Assembly (NCBI GenBank): GCA_039545335.1
Contig: BCIN01000001.1
Span: 2,731,136 to 2,795,135 of the forward strand
Reading direction: 5' to 3'
DNA length: 64,000 nt
Source: Kondoa subrosea
Taxonomy: Eukaryota
Within the stretch, counting starts at the first letter, position 1. Each line of letters begins with the position of its first letter. Shown piece by piece: positions 52,138 to 64,000 of the stretch. The position numbers and the translations under genes are program-made. A model generated the notes under the pieces. That model was not told where the DNA came from, ran no database searches, and saw nothing but the letters and a program-made list of their open reading frames with translations.

Positions 52138-52493
52138 AAATTCGCTTCATCCTTTCCTCTCAAAGCTGTGTTGTATTACCGGCTTTTGTACCACTACATT
52201 CTTTTGTCAAGGGTTTATCGTCGATTTCTCATTGGTTTCCGGGTTTTTCATCAGGCGGGATTGTCATGGTCGGTTTTTCTTCGTTGTGCAAAGGGTTATA
52301 TTTTCAGTATCAAAAGTACTTACGCGAAAAGGGACGTGGTTGTGGTCTATCGAGTACCTGAGGTATCTTGTTGTAGAATTTTCTCTTGCAAAGAATTTAC
52401 AGCCGGAAACAAAAGGGAAACTGTACATTTTCAGGGGCCATGCATCAAGTCATCTATCTTCTACATCATGTACAACCTTCGATAGTAGACGGT

Positions 52494-55063
52494 CTAGACA
52501 TCGAAGAACTTCCTAACCACATCGCCGATGATGTTGACGCCGTTTTTCATGGTTTCGTAATCAGCAGAAGAAAAACTCATGCGGAAGAAACCATCGCTTT
52601 CAGGTGTGAAGGCGAGCTTTTCTTGGAAGCCTTCTCCATTGGCATCGAACATAGTACCTGCAGTTATGGCTCAAACCTAGCACTAACTTAGCATGAGAAA
52701 ACATAGTACCTGGGGCCACTAATACTTTTGAGTCCTGCAGTAATCACGCAATGAATCGCCGCCGAACAGTAAATTGGCTTGCACTTACAGCCACTTGTTG
52801 CCATAAATCCATCAGCATTTCGTCAGTTGGTATTTTGCCGAAGTGAGGGTGATTCGAAAGGTGGATTTTCATCCATACTGATACATACATCAGCAATGTC
52901 GCAAGCTGTGCATATAGCACTCACGGAACATGCCACCCTGAGGAGGAACAAAAGAGAACAATACTGGTTTCTCCTTCTCATCCGACATGCTATATCTTGA
53001 AACCCATTTCTCGCTGAAAGCCGCTCGCTTTCTGGCGGCGCGGAACTCGATGACTCCTTGATCAGTGTACCGCGAATCGATAGCTGAACCTTCTTGTGCG
53101 ACGAAGAGATCTACAAAGTCGTTACGGCGAGCGCGATATTGAGATTTCAGGCCTGCAGAGCCGTCGTCAGCAATAGCGGTCAATCTTCACGATACTAACC
53201 TTTCAGCCATCGTAGATAGCCAGTCATTTTCCAGTCATCGACTAGGAGCTTGCCAACAAGAGCTTGAGCAAATCCAGAAGCCCCTTGGGTTGAAGTTTCG
53301 TGCGCTTGTTGTAATTTGGCAATGAAGAGAGGGCAAGCAGTGCAGAATCCTAATCTCGACCCAGGACAAATCGTTTCTGATCGCGAAATTAGCATGATTA
53401 CGCTTCAAGATACCAGGAAACCCACTGCTAAAAGTGTCGATACGGAAAACGCGGCCTTCTCGATCGAATTTTAGGTAGGAAGGCACAAGCGAATCGATGA
53501 AATGCTTGTCACTTTCCTCTTTGCTGATTCTGATCGATTCGCGATGATGAGGTGGGACATATTCTCCAGCTGTAGAAGAGGCACACTTGTGAGCTGAAGG
53601 AATCATACATGTTGTATCCGCATACCTTGCAAGAAGAAGTAAGGGTCATCTAACATTTCGAGTCAGACCTGAAAGACGTGCAAACAGGACACGGAACTTG
53701 CCTTCAGCGATGATTACATCGTATTTGCAGCATATCTCGTAGATCTTCTTCTTTCGCTCAGCGGTCATCGTCTAGTGCAGAGCTCAGCCTCTGATACATC
53801 TCGTATTACTTTGTGCTTACAGCTCCAGTCGGGTTTTGGCAAACGGGAACGGTGTAGAGTAATCGAGGTCTTCTCATTCCATGATGAGCTTCAGGTTTCC
53901 AATTGGCGAGGATATCTTCCAGTCCTTCAGCCGTCACTGTGCAGATCCAAATAACTGAGCTACATATTAGCTTAGCTTTTCGGATCACGCACTGCCTCCT
54001 CCGTCCATCGGACAAGCTATTGGTCTGTACACAGAGTTCAGCAAAGGCCCAATAATCAACAAGAAAGCTACCTAAAGCCTTCCGGCCAAGCAGTAGAAAT
54101 CTGGAAGCACCGCTTAAACGAATTCAAATTGCTGCAGATGCTCACTTACAGCTGAAGGATAAGTGTAGGTCTCAACGAGAATGCCATCTCCCTTCTCCAG
54201 TAGCATAGCAGCAATTTTGCCCTATAGTACGAAGACTTTGTCAGCTGAAAGTCAATTGACAGCATCTTATGCCTACCCAACTATACCACGACCAAGCAGT
54301 AGCCTCAGCAGTTGTCCTACAATCAATCGAACGAGACTTACGCATCTGTTGAACCCGCACTACAAGGGGCAAAATCAGATCTTTCCAATTGAAGGTAGCC
54401 ACGAAATCGACTTACTTTAAAATTGTAGCGAAATCCGCATATCCAGGTTGATAAACCTTTTCTACGAAATCATGGATGAATTGAGCCAAACCAACCAAAC
54501 CAGTAGCTCTTCCATATTGCAAAGCAGTAGCTAAATCAATGCTAGTAGCAGTTTTCGGATCCGCATATTTTGGAATAGTGATGGTCTTGGTCTTGGGTTT
54601 GTTAGTCGAAGGAGGAGAACCAAGAAGACGCCATAACCAGCTGAAAGAATTTTCACTAATACTTTCTTCGTGATGTTCTTGATCCGTTCGGTAAGCATCT
54701 TTTACGTAAGCTTCGGCTGAGATTGATTCGAAAGGGAAGATAGCTGGTGAAGGAATACCCTATATCAATTGGCCATAAGAGTAGACCTAGGAAAGAAAGA
54801 GCGCGGACTTACGCCTGCAAGCATGATCATGTCTGGATCAAGGAAGTACTTGTACAAGCCCTGAATGGGATGATAAGAGAAGAGAAGAGATGCGACGAAA
54901 CAAAAGCACCTTCAAAGGAGACTCTAGCCGAGCTCGAGTGAGCTGGGACAGGTGATGACTGATGATTGGAATCGACACGCAGATCAGCTATCGGCGCATC
55001 GAAGCAGATCAGAGTAGCGACTTACCTGTGATCTTTAGCATTCGGAAGATTAGCTCTCGACAT
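52494..55063 (-). CDS. ARO8: PLP-dependent aromatic/2-aminoadipate aminotransferase (class I)
   Basis: LATALQYG, ETYTYPSA, LYTVPVCQNPTGA, AEDDPYFFLQ, RIDTFSKTICPGSRLG, PPQGGMF and FFRMSFS. Confidence 0.88.
52648..52712. repeat. 13-nt direct repeat (AACATAGTACCTG) spanning both boundaries of a 52-nt intron in the aminotransferase gene
   Basis: Identical 13-mers at 52648-52660 and 52700-52712. Confidence 0.85.
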
Positions 55064-55140
55064 GGTTGACAGCTTGATAAAGACCAGGATTACTAAAATC
55101 GAGTGTTGACCCGAAGCGGCCACACGGTCGACAAGATTGT

Positions 55141-57362
55141 ATGCTGTATACCTTGCTACGAAGGGCTATACGAAGGGCTATATCACACAAGACGATGCAG
55201 GATATCATCCGCGTCCCAGCAATTCCTCTAAGTATCGATTTACCTGGCTATGCATGGTCACCAGAAAAATCTTCAAAGCAGCCAACACTGGTCTCGACGA
55301 CTATCAAGACTAATGTTGCACTAGCTGGAGCTACAGATGACTTGGATCATACTGTTTCTTACAGCGATTTGCCAAAGATCTTTGAGAAAGTCACTTCGAA
55401 TGCATGGCAATTGAAGCCTCTTGCTCAGCGTCTGCACTCGCTGGTCGACGAGCAATGTAAGAAGAGTGCGCCTCCTGGATACTCAATTACTGTAAGAGTA
55501 GAGCAGCCGAAGGCCTTGTTGCACGCTGCAAATGCTGGCATTGAATACTCAGAAGATCAAACAGAAGTCTTCATTGATCAGATACACGTCTCGACCATCA
55601 TTGGAGTCAGAGATCATGAAAGGAAAGCAGATCAAGTAGTTCTAGTTGATGTTCGAGCAACGCCGAGCGATAATTGGGATTGGAAATTGCAACCTCTTGA
55701 ACGAGCAATCATCGACGTGTGTTTCGTCTATTCTTTTCCCGTTCGACAGTATCATGATACCCCTTTGTCTTTCTCTATGCCTAGCATCTCAAATCACATC
55801 ATCCTCTTCTTATCGAATCTATGCTTCAATCTCTTGCCAATAATCTTCTCTCTTCTTTCCCTTTTGAGCAAGTAACGTTAAAGCTTGCCAAACCAGCTGC
55901 ATCCCGCTTTGGCGGAGCACCAGAAGTTTCGGTAACCCGATCCAAACCTCTTACCTCGACTGCTACTTCCGCATTTGCGACATCTGAAAATCAACATATT
56001 GCATACATTGCTTTTGGTAGCAATCTAGGTGATAAGCGAAGCAACATAGCTCAAGCCCTTGATCGTCTGGACTCCCTGTCCGGCTGCAAGGTGACAGAAA
56101 CAAGTTTTCTCTACGATAGCAAACCGATGTATTATGATGCCCAGGACAATTTTCTCAATGGCGCTGTGAAGGTGCGATCCACTATTTGTGCTTGATATCA
56201 CAGTGAACTGATTTTTGGCTGTTAGATTGCTACTTCTCTATCACCCGAAGAGCTCCTCAAATCCCTTAAGCAAATCGAGCAAGACTTAGGTCGAAATAAG
56301 ACCATCGAGAACGGTCCACGAGAAATTGATCTCGACATTCTGCTATACGACTCTTTGCAACTTAATTCCACCTCGCCCGATCTAATCATCCCGCATCAAC
56401 GTTTGCATGAAAGGGAATTCGTTTTGCGTCCTTTAACAGATCTAGCACCTCATCTCCATCTTCCACATTTACAAGCTACTCCATCTCAATTACTTTCCCG
56501 CTTCCATACCTCATCAGAACTAACAAAAATGCTGCCATATCCTCTCTCATCAACCAAAACCACTTTAATGGGAATCATCAACCTTACACCCGATTCTTTC
56601 TCATCCCCTCCTTCCACTTTAGCCTCTTCCTTACAACTCGCTCAAAAACATGTTCAACAAGGTGCAACGATCTTGGATATAGGTGGAATGTCTACCAAAC
56701 CAAACGCAGCGGATGTTTCAGAAGAAGAAGAATTAGCTCGAATTTTACCCTTCTTGAGTGCGATCCGTAAGGAAGAATGGGGGAAAGAAGCAATTATCAG
56801 TGTTGATACATTCCGATCGAAAGTTGCGAAAAAGGCGATTGAACACGGAGCGGATTGGATCAATGATGTTCATGCTGGATTGGATGAAGGGATGTTTGAA
56901 GTTGCTAGGCAGAGCGGCAAACCAATCGTTCTGATGCATTGTCGAGGTGATGCGAGTACGATGAATGGATTGGCGAAATATGATGGAGATGTGGTTGAAA
57001 TCGTTCAGAAGGAGTTAGGCGAAAGGGTTCAAGCTGCATTGGACGCTGGTGTGAAAAGATGGCAAATCATCATTGATCCAGGAATTGGTTTCGCCAAGGA
57101 CGAGAAAGCCAATTGGGGATTGATCAGAAGACTGAAAGAATGGCGGACTGGCGGAATCTTGGCTGGATTTCCTGTTCTCTTTGGACCATCTCGGAAACGT
57201 TTTCTTGGTACTCTAATCGGTCAGACAGACGCCAGCGAGAGAGATGGAGCGACGGCAGGGACTCTGGTGGAAGCTGTTCGAGCTGGATGTGAAGTAGTTC
57301 GTATCCATGATACAAGATCGGCTAGTGATGCAGTGCAAGTTGCAGAAGCAATGTATAAATAG
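55141..57362 (+). CDS. FOL1: Trifunctional folate synthesis protein (DHNA-DHNA-HPPK-DHPS)
   Basis: DHNA motifs TDDLDHTVSY and IIGVRDHER; HPPK motifs AYIAFGSNLGD, NGPREIDLDILLY and PHQRLHEREFVLRPL; DHPS motifs MGIINLTPDSFS, DIGGMSTKP, DPGIGFAK, SRKRF and RIHD. Confidence 0.97.
55157..55182 (+). repeat. 12-nt tandem duplication in the FOL1 N-terminal extension
   Basis: TACGAAGGGCTA x2 plus TA, encoding RRAI-RRAI. Confidence 0.9.
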
Positions 57363-57375
57363 ACTTGGAGAGCTT

Positions 57376-58256
57376 CTAAGCTGCATTTTGTTGCTTGCCC
57401 GCCCATGCATTTGCGATAGCTTGCCAGTATCTCTTCGGATCCGATCTCATATGCGCGACGCTAAAGCCTATCTGAGTGATGTATCGCGTACGTAGGAGAA
57501 AGCATACTGAGGTGTGCCTGCGAATTCTTCTACGCTGACAGTACATCCCGGAAGACTGCGGCATTTTCCAATTTCTTCTTCGACTGTTTGATAGTCAATC
57601 AGTGCGTCCACTTTTGAGTAAATGAAGAGTCTGTCTGCTGTATGAGGAAATGTTTTCTCGCTTGTCAATGATCTTCGCATAACTGTCGAAGGATCTTCTA
57701 AGCGAAAGATGTGGCTGAAAACCCAAGCGGTACAGTAGTAAGCTGTAAAGAGCCCATAAGTGAGCCATTTGACGTAGAATGCAGACTTTGCGAATGGTAT
57801 CGTAAACGCAGTCAGATAGCGAGAGAAGGATGAGGTGCCAGGACATGAATCAAAGACAACCAGCTTTGCATTATCAAGTCCAGTGTGCAGGGGTGTAGCT
57901 TTGCGCATTGATTCTGCAAGAGAAGTGATCTGCAGACAGCCTCCGTTCGACATGACGTGACAGAGAAGCTTGTGATCAGACTTCCCCTTGCGATGATCTT
58001 GAATTAATGTCACAGCTGGCTGCAGATCTGCCTTTCTCCATAGCCAATTGGATGGGTATGCACGAATCAGAAGGATGTCACTCGTTGGAAATGTTTCGCG
58101 CAGGCCAGCTTGGTACTTGCTTAACTGAGGCAGACTTGCGCCCATCCAGCCACACGTCAGTACCAGAGAAGGATCAGAGCTCGTCCGGTTTGCTGCTTGA
58201 TCAGACGCTTTGTTCAGGTAAATGTCTTCTGTTACTTTCACGAGAGATGCTGCCAT
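57376..58256 (-). CDS. DUF829/TMEM53-like alpha/beta-fold protein
   Basis: LVLTCGWMGA..LSKY, HVMSNGG, VFDSCPG, LFIYSKVDALI and spliced end TPH|VAHMRSDPKRYW. An alternative upstream ATG lies at 58307. Confidence 0.85.
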
Positions 58257-58373
58257 GTTGCTTGATTTACCAACAGATGAAGAGAGATTAGCTGATCTTG
58301 CCAGCATAAAACAAGCTCGATCTTTTTGGCCGTTTGTAGATTAGTAAGCATCTACTATTGACAGTTCTATGCA

Positions 58374-60866
58374 TTATGTGTTCTGTGCAGCTGCGAAGGC
58401 ATCCCAATCAGGTTCGACAGATGTGTCCCCGTTGAATGTACCAGCTTTGCGGTCCTCTGCCCATAATCGGCAGTACTCGATGTACAGTCGGAAAACGTCT
58501 AGACAGCTACTTGAGTATCCGTGCAATAGAGCAGGCGAGTGAGAGCTTACAGATCTCCATATCCTCGTATCGCAGACACTTTTTGGCGAAGTCCTGACCC
58601 TGTTCAGCTATCTCGCGAGCCAGATCGAGATGCGCTTTTTCAGAGTATAATCCACCTAGCCTGGCCTGCGTTACGCTTAATTGACGTTAAACAGCCACAC
58701 ACACACCTCTAAAGAAGGCAAGAATGTTCCACATATCTGAGTAATCGATAGAGACTGGAACGTAGTGCAGCCAAGGTATTGCCCAAGTGCTCCACTGCCA
58801 AAACACATAAGCCAAATACAGAAAATGTCTGGAAAACTCGCATATTCCCGGAAGATAGTCGCTTTCAATACCACAGTTGAGCTGAGCATCAAGCGACGGA
58901 ATCTTCCTGACCAAGAATTGCCATCGACATCTAGTTCGAAGCGATAGGTCTGACTTTCCTTTTTCGACACACGAGGTTTGAAGCCGTGGAAGACACTGGT
59001 CATCTCGTCACACGTGCCATCTTCGACATCACATTGGACAGCTGTTCGAGCGTGGTTTTCAAATCCCCGATTGCCGTCAAGAAACAGGTAAGAACACACG
59101 TGGACCTGCAACTCAAATGTTAGAACAGGTGCACTCAGATATTCAGAAAGCAGAGGACTCCCCAGTCATTCCAACGTCAAGATATGCAGCATTGAGCACT
59201 CTGTTTGGTATCGAAACCTCTTTCATCACATCATGATCCTTCGGGTCGGCGAGTATAATTTGTCTATTCCCATTCTGCTGTTGTCCAAGCAGATGCAACC
59301 TTGATCTATGAGCTGATTTCCATGGCCACTACAATAGAAGAGACTGAAAATAAGCTCGCTGACTTTCACTAATTCGGGAGAGAGGTTGACCTGTTTCGAC
59401 CAGTACTGAGGACCGCTCGTCTGCCCTCTCCAAAGCAACCTTGAATCTTTACGTTCATCAAATGGCACATCATCCGGTATGTTCTCTTCGAATTGTTCGG
59501 TAATGATTGATCGAATATCGGCAAACGAACCAATCACTCCGGGACTGAAGATAGGTAAGTAGGGACCAGGTAAAGGGTAAGTCCAAGAAGTAGCCGAGTG
59601 AGTATGTCGATATTGAGGATTTTGACAAACATCCAGGTAGGAAACGGCGTTCACCACGAAGTTGGCTGCTGCTTCTGATTTAGGCATTTCTGTTCCATCC
59701 CATTCTTTGGAAGCTACTCCATAATCAAATCCTTCTGCACGCATCGGCGAGTCTAGAGGACAGGTCTGAGCCATAGGCGAGATGGCTACTCATCGCGGAT
59801 AAGCAAGATATAACTTCAGCTAAGGGCACGCACGTGGAGTGAAAGCATGACTCTCGTAGAGAGGTTCATCTTCAGCTTGCGGATCATCTGGTATCGATCG
59901 TTAGTAGTCGAATGACTCGCAAACAAGGAAACCTACATTCTCCAGCATCAACTAAATTCAGCAAGCGAGTCCTTTCTTCAGCGCTGAGCCATATGTGTGG
60001 CCCATCGTGAGCTGTATGGTATGAAGTGAAATCTGGCTATGCAGGACGTCAATGCAGAGACACATTGAATACATGGAATCGCACCAGAACATGCTTAAAC
60101 CGTTTTATCAGATCATAAAATCCCATAGCTCTACTTCCATCTTTGGCATCGCCATAATATGTCTGTTTGCCTGCTTTCTGCTTGATTCCAAATCCCCATT
60201 GAGTGATATGCCAATTCGAAACGTATTCAACTCGGTTCCGGAAAGATGTGGGTGAGAAAGCATAGAATGGCTTCAGTGATTGATCGACCAGATCATATTC
60301 GTCGATCAAGAGAACATTGTTCTTGCGAGCGAAGGCATACCAAGCATCGAAACCCTGGATTATCTGTTTCAGGTCACAAAGACATGCTCTGAGAAATATC
60401 TGACCTTGGGAGGCTTTCGGCCCGTACGCTTCGTGTATTCTTTGACAGCTTGTGCAAAGGTCTTTGACTGTTTCGACAAAAGGTCTTGCCAGTCTTTCTT
60501 TGCCTTCTTCATCAATACAGGAATAGGATGCTGAATGTTATCGCCAATTTCAGAGATCAGCAGTCGACCATCTTTCCGTGATAGATCATAATCCGGCTGC
60601 ACAACGTCATGAGGATGAACATCGAATTCCTCGCTTTCGTGCAAATGATGCCCTCGCTCGTCTTGTGCTATATCCAGATCTTCCAGCGCTTCGCCATCAT
60701 CGACGATATAACTGGGAGGAATGAAGTTCTTTATATGCTGCTGCACTCGTTCTGATAGCGGACTTTCCACGACAGATAGCGGAGTGGAAACACTTTGGCT
60801 GAGAAAGAAGACAAAGAGAACAGCCCCGACGAGGGTCAAGAGTCGACGACTCGGTGCTCTAATCAT
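58374..60866 (-). CDS. Glycosyltransferase family 90 (CAP10/Cxt1-like) type II membrane protein
   Basis: N-terminal TM, QSKTFAQAVKEYTKRTGRKPP, IDEYDLVDQSLKPF, LWRGQTSG, LDVDGNSWSGRFRRLM and PWLHYVPV. Confidence 0.9.
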
Positions 60867-60953
60867 GACATGACTAGGCTTAGGATATATCACACTGAGT
60901 CACCGAATTGATCGAGGTTGGCGAAAAACCGCGCTCAGCTCAAAAGCGTGTTT

Positions 60954-61817
60954 ATGGCGAAAGTCACTGCTCTGATAGTCGGAATAGGTGTGCGCTATTC
61001 TTAAGTGCGAGAAAGCGACGCGTTCTGATGACATTCTGTATTCTTAAAGAATTGGCCATTACCTGGAAGTTTGCATTCTTGTCTCTTTCCTTTGCCTCTC
61101 GTTTCGCTTTCTCTGTCTTATTACATCTACTAATGTAGACGGTCAAGTCCTTCTGGAGAATCTTCATCTTCGAGCTAGACATGAAAGTCAAAGCAAAGGA
61201 GCTTCAGTCTGGACTCTATCCAAAGCCAACGAAGGGTGGGAAGCTACAGTGAAAGTGTGCCGAAATCGTTGTGTCTGCCTCTCTCATACTGAACAGGGCT
61301 GCAGGATGTACCCTGCGGCCACGATTTCTGCGATCTTGTATTCTTCAAGCCCAAGGTGCTAATGAACATTTCCGGAGGTCCGACACACAAAGCCGTTATC
61401 AGCTACCTAGGCATTCAACCAAGTTTACTCGAAAGGGACTCATCGAAACTGCTCTTCCTTCTTCACGACGAGCTGGAAATACCTAGGAATACATCACGCT
61501 TCAGAACGAGTGGATCTCTAAAGGGTCATCGCGGCTTAGAGAGTATTTCAAAGATACTCAAGATCAAGAATCTCCCTCGATTCGGTGTGGGAATTGGAAG
61601 ACCTGCATCAAGACAGTCAGCGGCTGTAGCTGCGCACGTGCTATCAGCACTCAATAGGAACGACTTAAATGCTGTACACTTCGATGAGGGCAAATCTGGG
61701 CCTCTACTGGAAGAATGCTGGAAAGCGCTCAAAGGTTGTATAGCGGACAGATTAGTCCAGATAGACAAAGCTGAAGCAGGAGAAAAATCCTGTATTGACA
61801 ATTCACATGTGTTATAG
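60954..61817 (+). CDS. PTH1: Peptidyl-tRNA hydrolase (bacterial-type PTH) family protein, possibly catalytically altered
   Basis: Spliced LIVGIG|NWPLP, FFKPKVLMNISG, LLHDELE, GHRGLESI and RFGVGIGRP..VAAHVLS. Confidence 0.8.
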
Positions 61818-61897
61818 AAAAGACTATCTCTAAACTTGCGGATACTACAACGACTTCTAGCGATCAACTTTCCCGGAAAAAAAGCCCTTTTACAATT

Positions 61898-64000
61898 TCA
61901 CCTCAACCCTGAATTCCGATCTTGACTGCTATCTTGACTGAACAAAGACTCTCTGTCACTGTTATAATAATTTTCCGCCTTCATTCTTCGAGCCTTCTCT
62001 TCGTCGTCGAGCGAGACTCGGTTATCCTTGACTTCGTCAATAATAGGTGAAGTTGGAGCAGAAGAAAGGCCATATCTTCTGTTCCCTCGAGGTGATGGCG
62101 ACCTTCTTTCTGGCTCGTGCAGCGATTGTTCCGGTTGTTCAGACTGATTACTTGGCGATAAGTACATATCATGCTGATTGGCCATTGTAGACGATTGGCT
62201 GGACGAAAGATTATTGCTAGGCAAAGGTGGACGAGGGAAGTTCTGAAGAGTTGTGGAAGATAAAGGTGAAGGTAGAGACTCAGATGATGCGCGAGGCTCT
62301 TCTGAATTTTGGGACATTGTCCGCGATCGAGCTGCAAGTATTACAAGTCAATACATGGCCAGCTCGTGCAAGGAAGACTTACGATCAGCTTGCGGCACTG
62401 CTTCTGAAGAGTTTTGTCTGTTCCAAAACTTAAACTTGCTGAAGCCGGGCGATTTCTGACCATTATCGTCATCGCTTTTGATGCTGGCTGACGAGGATGC
62501 TACAGGTATTTGAGGCACCTCCTTCTTACTCTGTATGCGATCTTGCCAGGGTTTAATCCTAAGTGAACCAAATCCCAAGCTCGCTATTGGAGACTTCTGC
62601 TTCTCTTCTTTGGGAGTTGGAGTATCTAAAGGTGGAGAAGCAGCTGACGGGTCGGTATTGAGATAAGCTAGAGCTGTATTTTCCACGGGTGAAAAGTCGC
62701 TCGGCGGAGGAACTTGTGGCAAAGTAGGTGTAGATTGAAGAGGCTCTAAAGTATTGGAGATGGAGCGATTTGAGTGTAGAGAGGAGGTCCTTGGTGGAGA
62801 TACGGACATAGAAGCCATGGTAGAGGAAGTCTGCATTTCGGGTGTTGCTGTTTCTTCGGATTCGGGTTTTGCTTGCGCAATTGGCGCTTGACTACCTTCA
62901 AGTGAAGTACGCGCAGGGTTTTCTTGTTGAGCAGCTGCTTGATCTCCAGCGCCAATTGGCGATTCCGTAGGTGATTCGTTGTATCCGGGGATGTCCGCAA
63001 CAAGAGCAAGACCTGATGAATCTGCCGCTAGCGCTTTGGCAGACGGCCGTCTGTCAAAGAGCCCACGTAAAGGTCTTGTGCCAGTTGTAGGCGTGCCAAA
63101 CGGAGAAGACCGATTTGAGAACGCGCCAGGCGACCTGGGTGAGTGCTTTATTGCTCGCGGCGAGAGTTCCGCTAGGGCTCGTTCGAGATCATCCAGATCG
63201 GTGTCGTTGTTTGTCTCTGTACTCGATCGTTTAGACGCAGTCCCTTCAGGCTGATATCCCGGATGATTATTTTCTAGTCGACCCATAATACTCGACGGCG
63301 CTTCATCCTCATCTTGAGCAGAGGCGAGAGTTACTTTGCTGTAATCGATGGCATCTTCAGCTTCCGGTATCGGTTCTTCGCTCAGATGATAAGCTTGAGC
63401 TTGATCGTTTGTCAAAGTACCATCAGCAATAGAGGATAAAGAATAGGCAGAAGAGGAATTCATCATTGATGCAGTTCGAGAGCTGGAAGAGACAGTCGGC
63501 GATTGTCTCACTATACGAATACCGGCATCACCATCATCACTGGGTGTGGTAACTTCAGGCGGCGAGATGCGAGGCGGCGAGGGATTGTTCAAGGCTGCAA
63601 GGAAATCATGATCGAGCGATCTGGGAGGTTCCATCTTATCTGTTCCAAGATTGATAGGTGACGAGAGTTGAGGTGCTGCTTGCTCTTGCCCACCAAGATG
63701 ACCTCGTTGCAACAATTGCTTGACTTCTTCGATATCATCGGGAGGCGCCATCAGCTCTTCCTCTTGTGAAATAGCTGGTGTTCCTTCTGCACCCATAATA
63801 CCCAATCCCGCAGTATCTGGTTCGGAACCATTCTTCAGCGAAGCCCATGTTGATTGGTCGTTGCCAAACATATCACTGAGCGGGTCTCTGCTCCCATATT
63901 CCGATTGGAAACTTTCGACTTGAGGTATTTGAGCGGTTGATTTCCCACTGTGCGTTGTGTCATCTTCGCTTGTAGAAGGCATCTCGATTTCCTGAGTAGT
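61898..64000 (-). CDS. 3' part of a large uncharacterised protein with a Ser/Pro-rich disordered C-terminus; 5' end lies outside the window
   Basis: The 544-codon ORF stays open to the window edge and joins ORF 61898-62317 through an intron (GTAAGT...TTGCAG) at about 62333-62383. No recognisable domain. Confidence 0.6.

Noticed and set aside
52094..52516. Several overlapping hydrophobic ORFs
   Set aside because: T-rich 3' UTR/terminator region between convergent genes; non-ATG starts and no motifs.
58687..58914. Short ORF ending in CVAV, a CAAX-like end suggesting a pheromone precursor
   Set aside because: It is an exon of the GT90 gene reading into a GT-repeat intron donor, not an independent gene.

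Overview
Gene-dense, intron-rich fungal nuclear DNA. Short introns with GTCAGT/GTGCGT/GTACGT donors, CTGAC-type branch points, frequent micro-exons and the gene content suggest a basidiomycete, probably a Pucciniomycotina-type yeast (inference). I reconstructed 29 spliced protein-coding genes by eye, so coordinates are gene spans including introns. In order: eIF3m, a GPI-anchored Ser/Thr-rich protein, CSN1, an A1 aspartic protease, eIF3b, mitochondrial bL17, a 4-TM membrane protein, an STE3-family GPCR, CWC25, a PNS1/CTL transporter, a PHO84-like phosphate transporter, SLD2, a catalase-like heme protein, a His-rich SAM methyltransferase, a fasciclin membrane protein, an orphan protein with a duplicated unrecognised domain, a C-terminal Zn2Cys6 factor, SUA5, an AT-hook/Ifh1-like acidic protein, BET3, UreF, a triple-RRM protein, a LisH/LUFS Q-rich regulator, an ARO8-like aminotransferase, FOL1, a DUF829 protein, a GT90/CAP10-like glycosyltransferase, a PTH-family protein and a partial gene at the right edge. 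No rRNA, tRNA, transposon or CRISPR was recognised. I found no clear novel multi-gene system. The best leads are the duplicated-domain orphan, a PTH homologue apparently lacking its catalytic His, a divergent STE3 with no adjacent pheromone gene, an intron bounded by a 13-nt direct repeat, a 4-nt micro-exon and a GC-AG intron.
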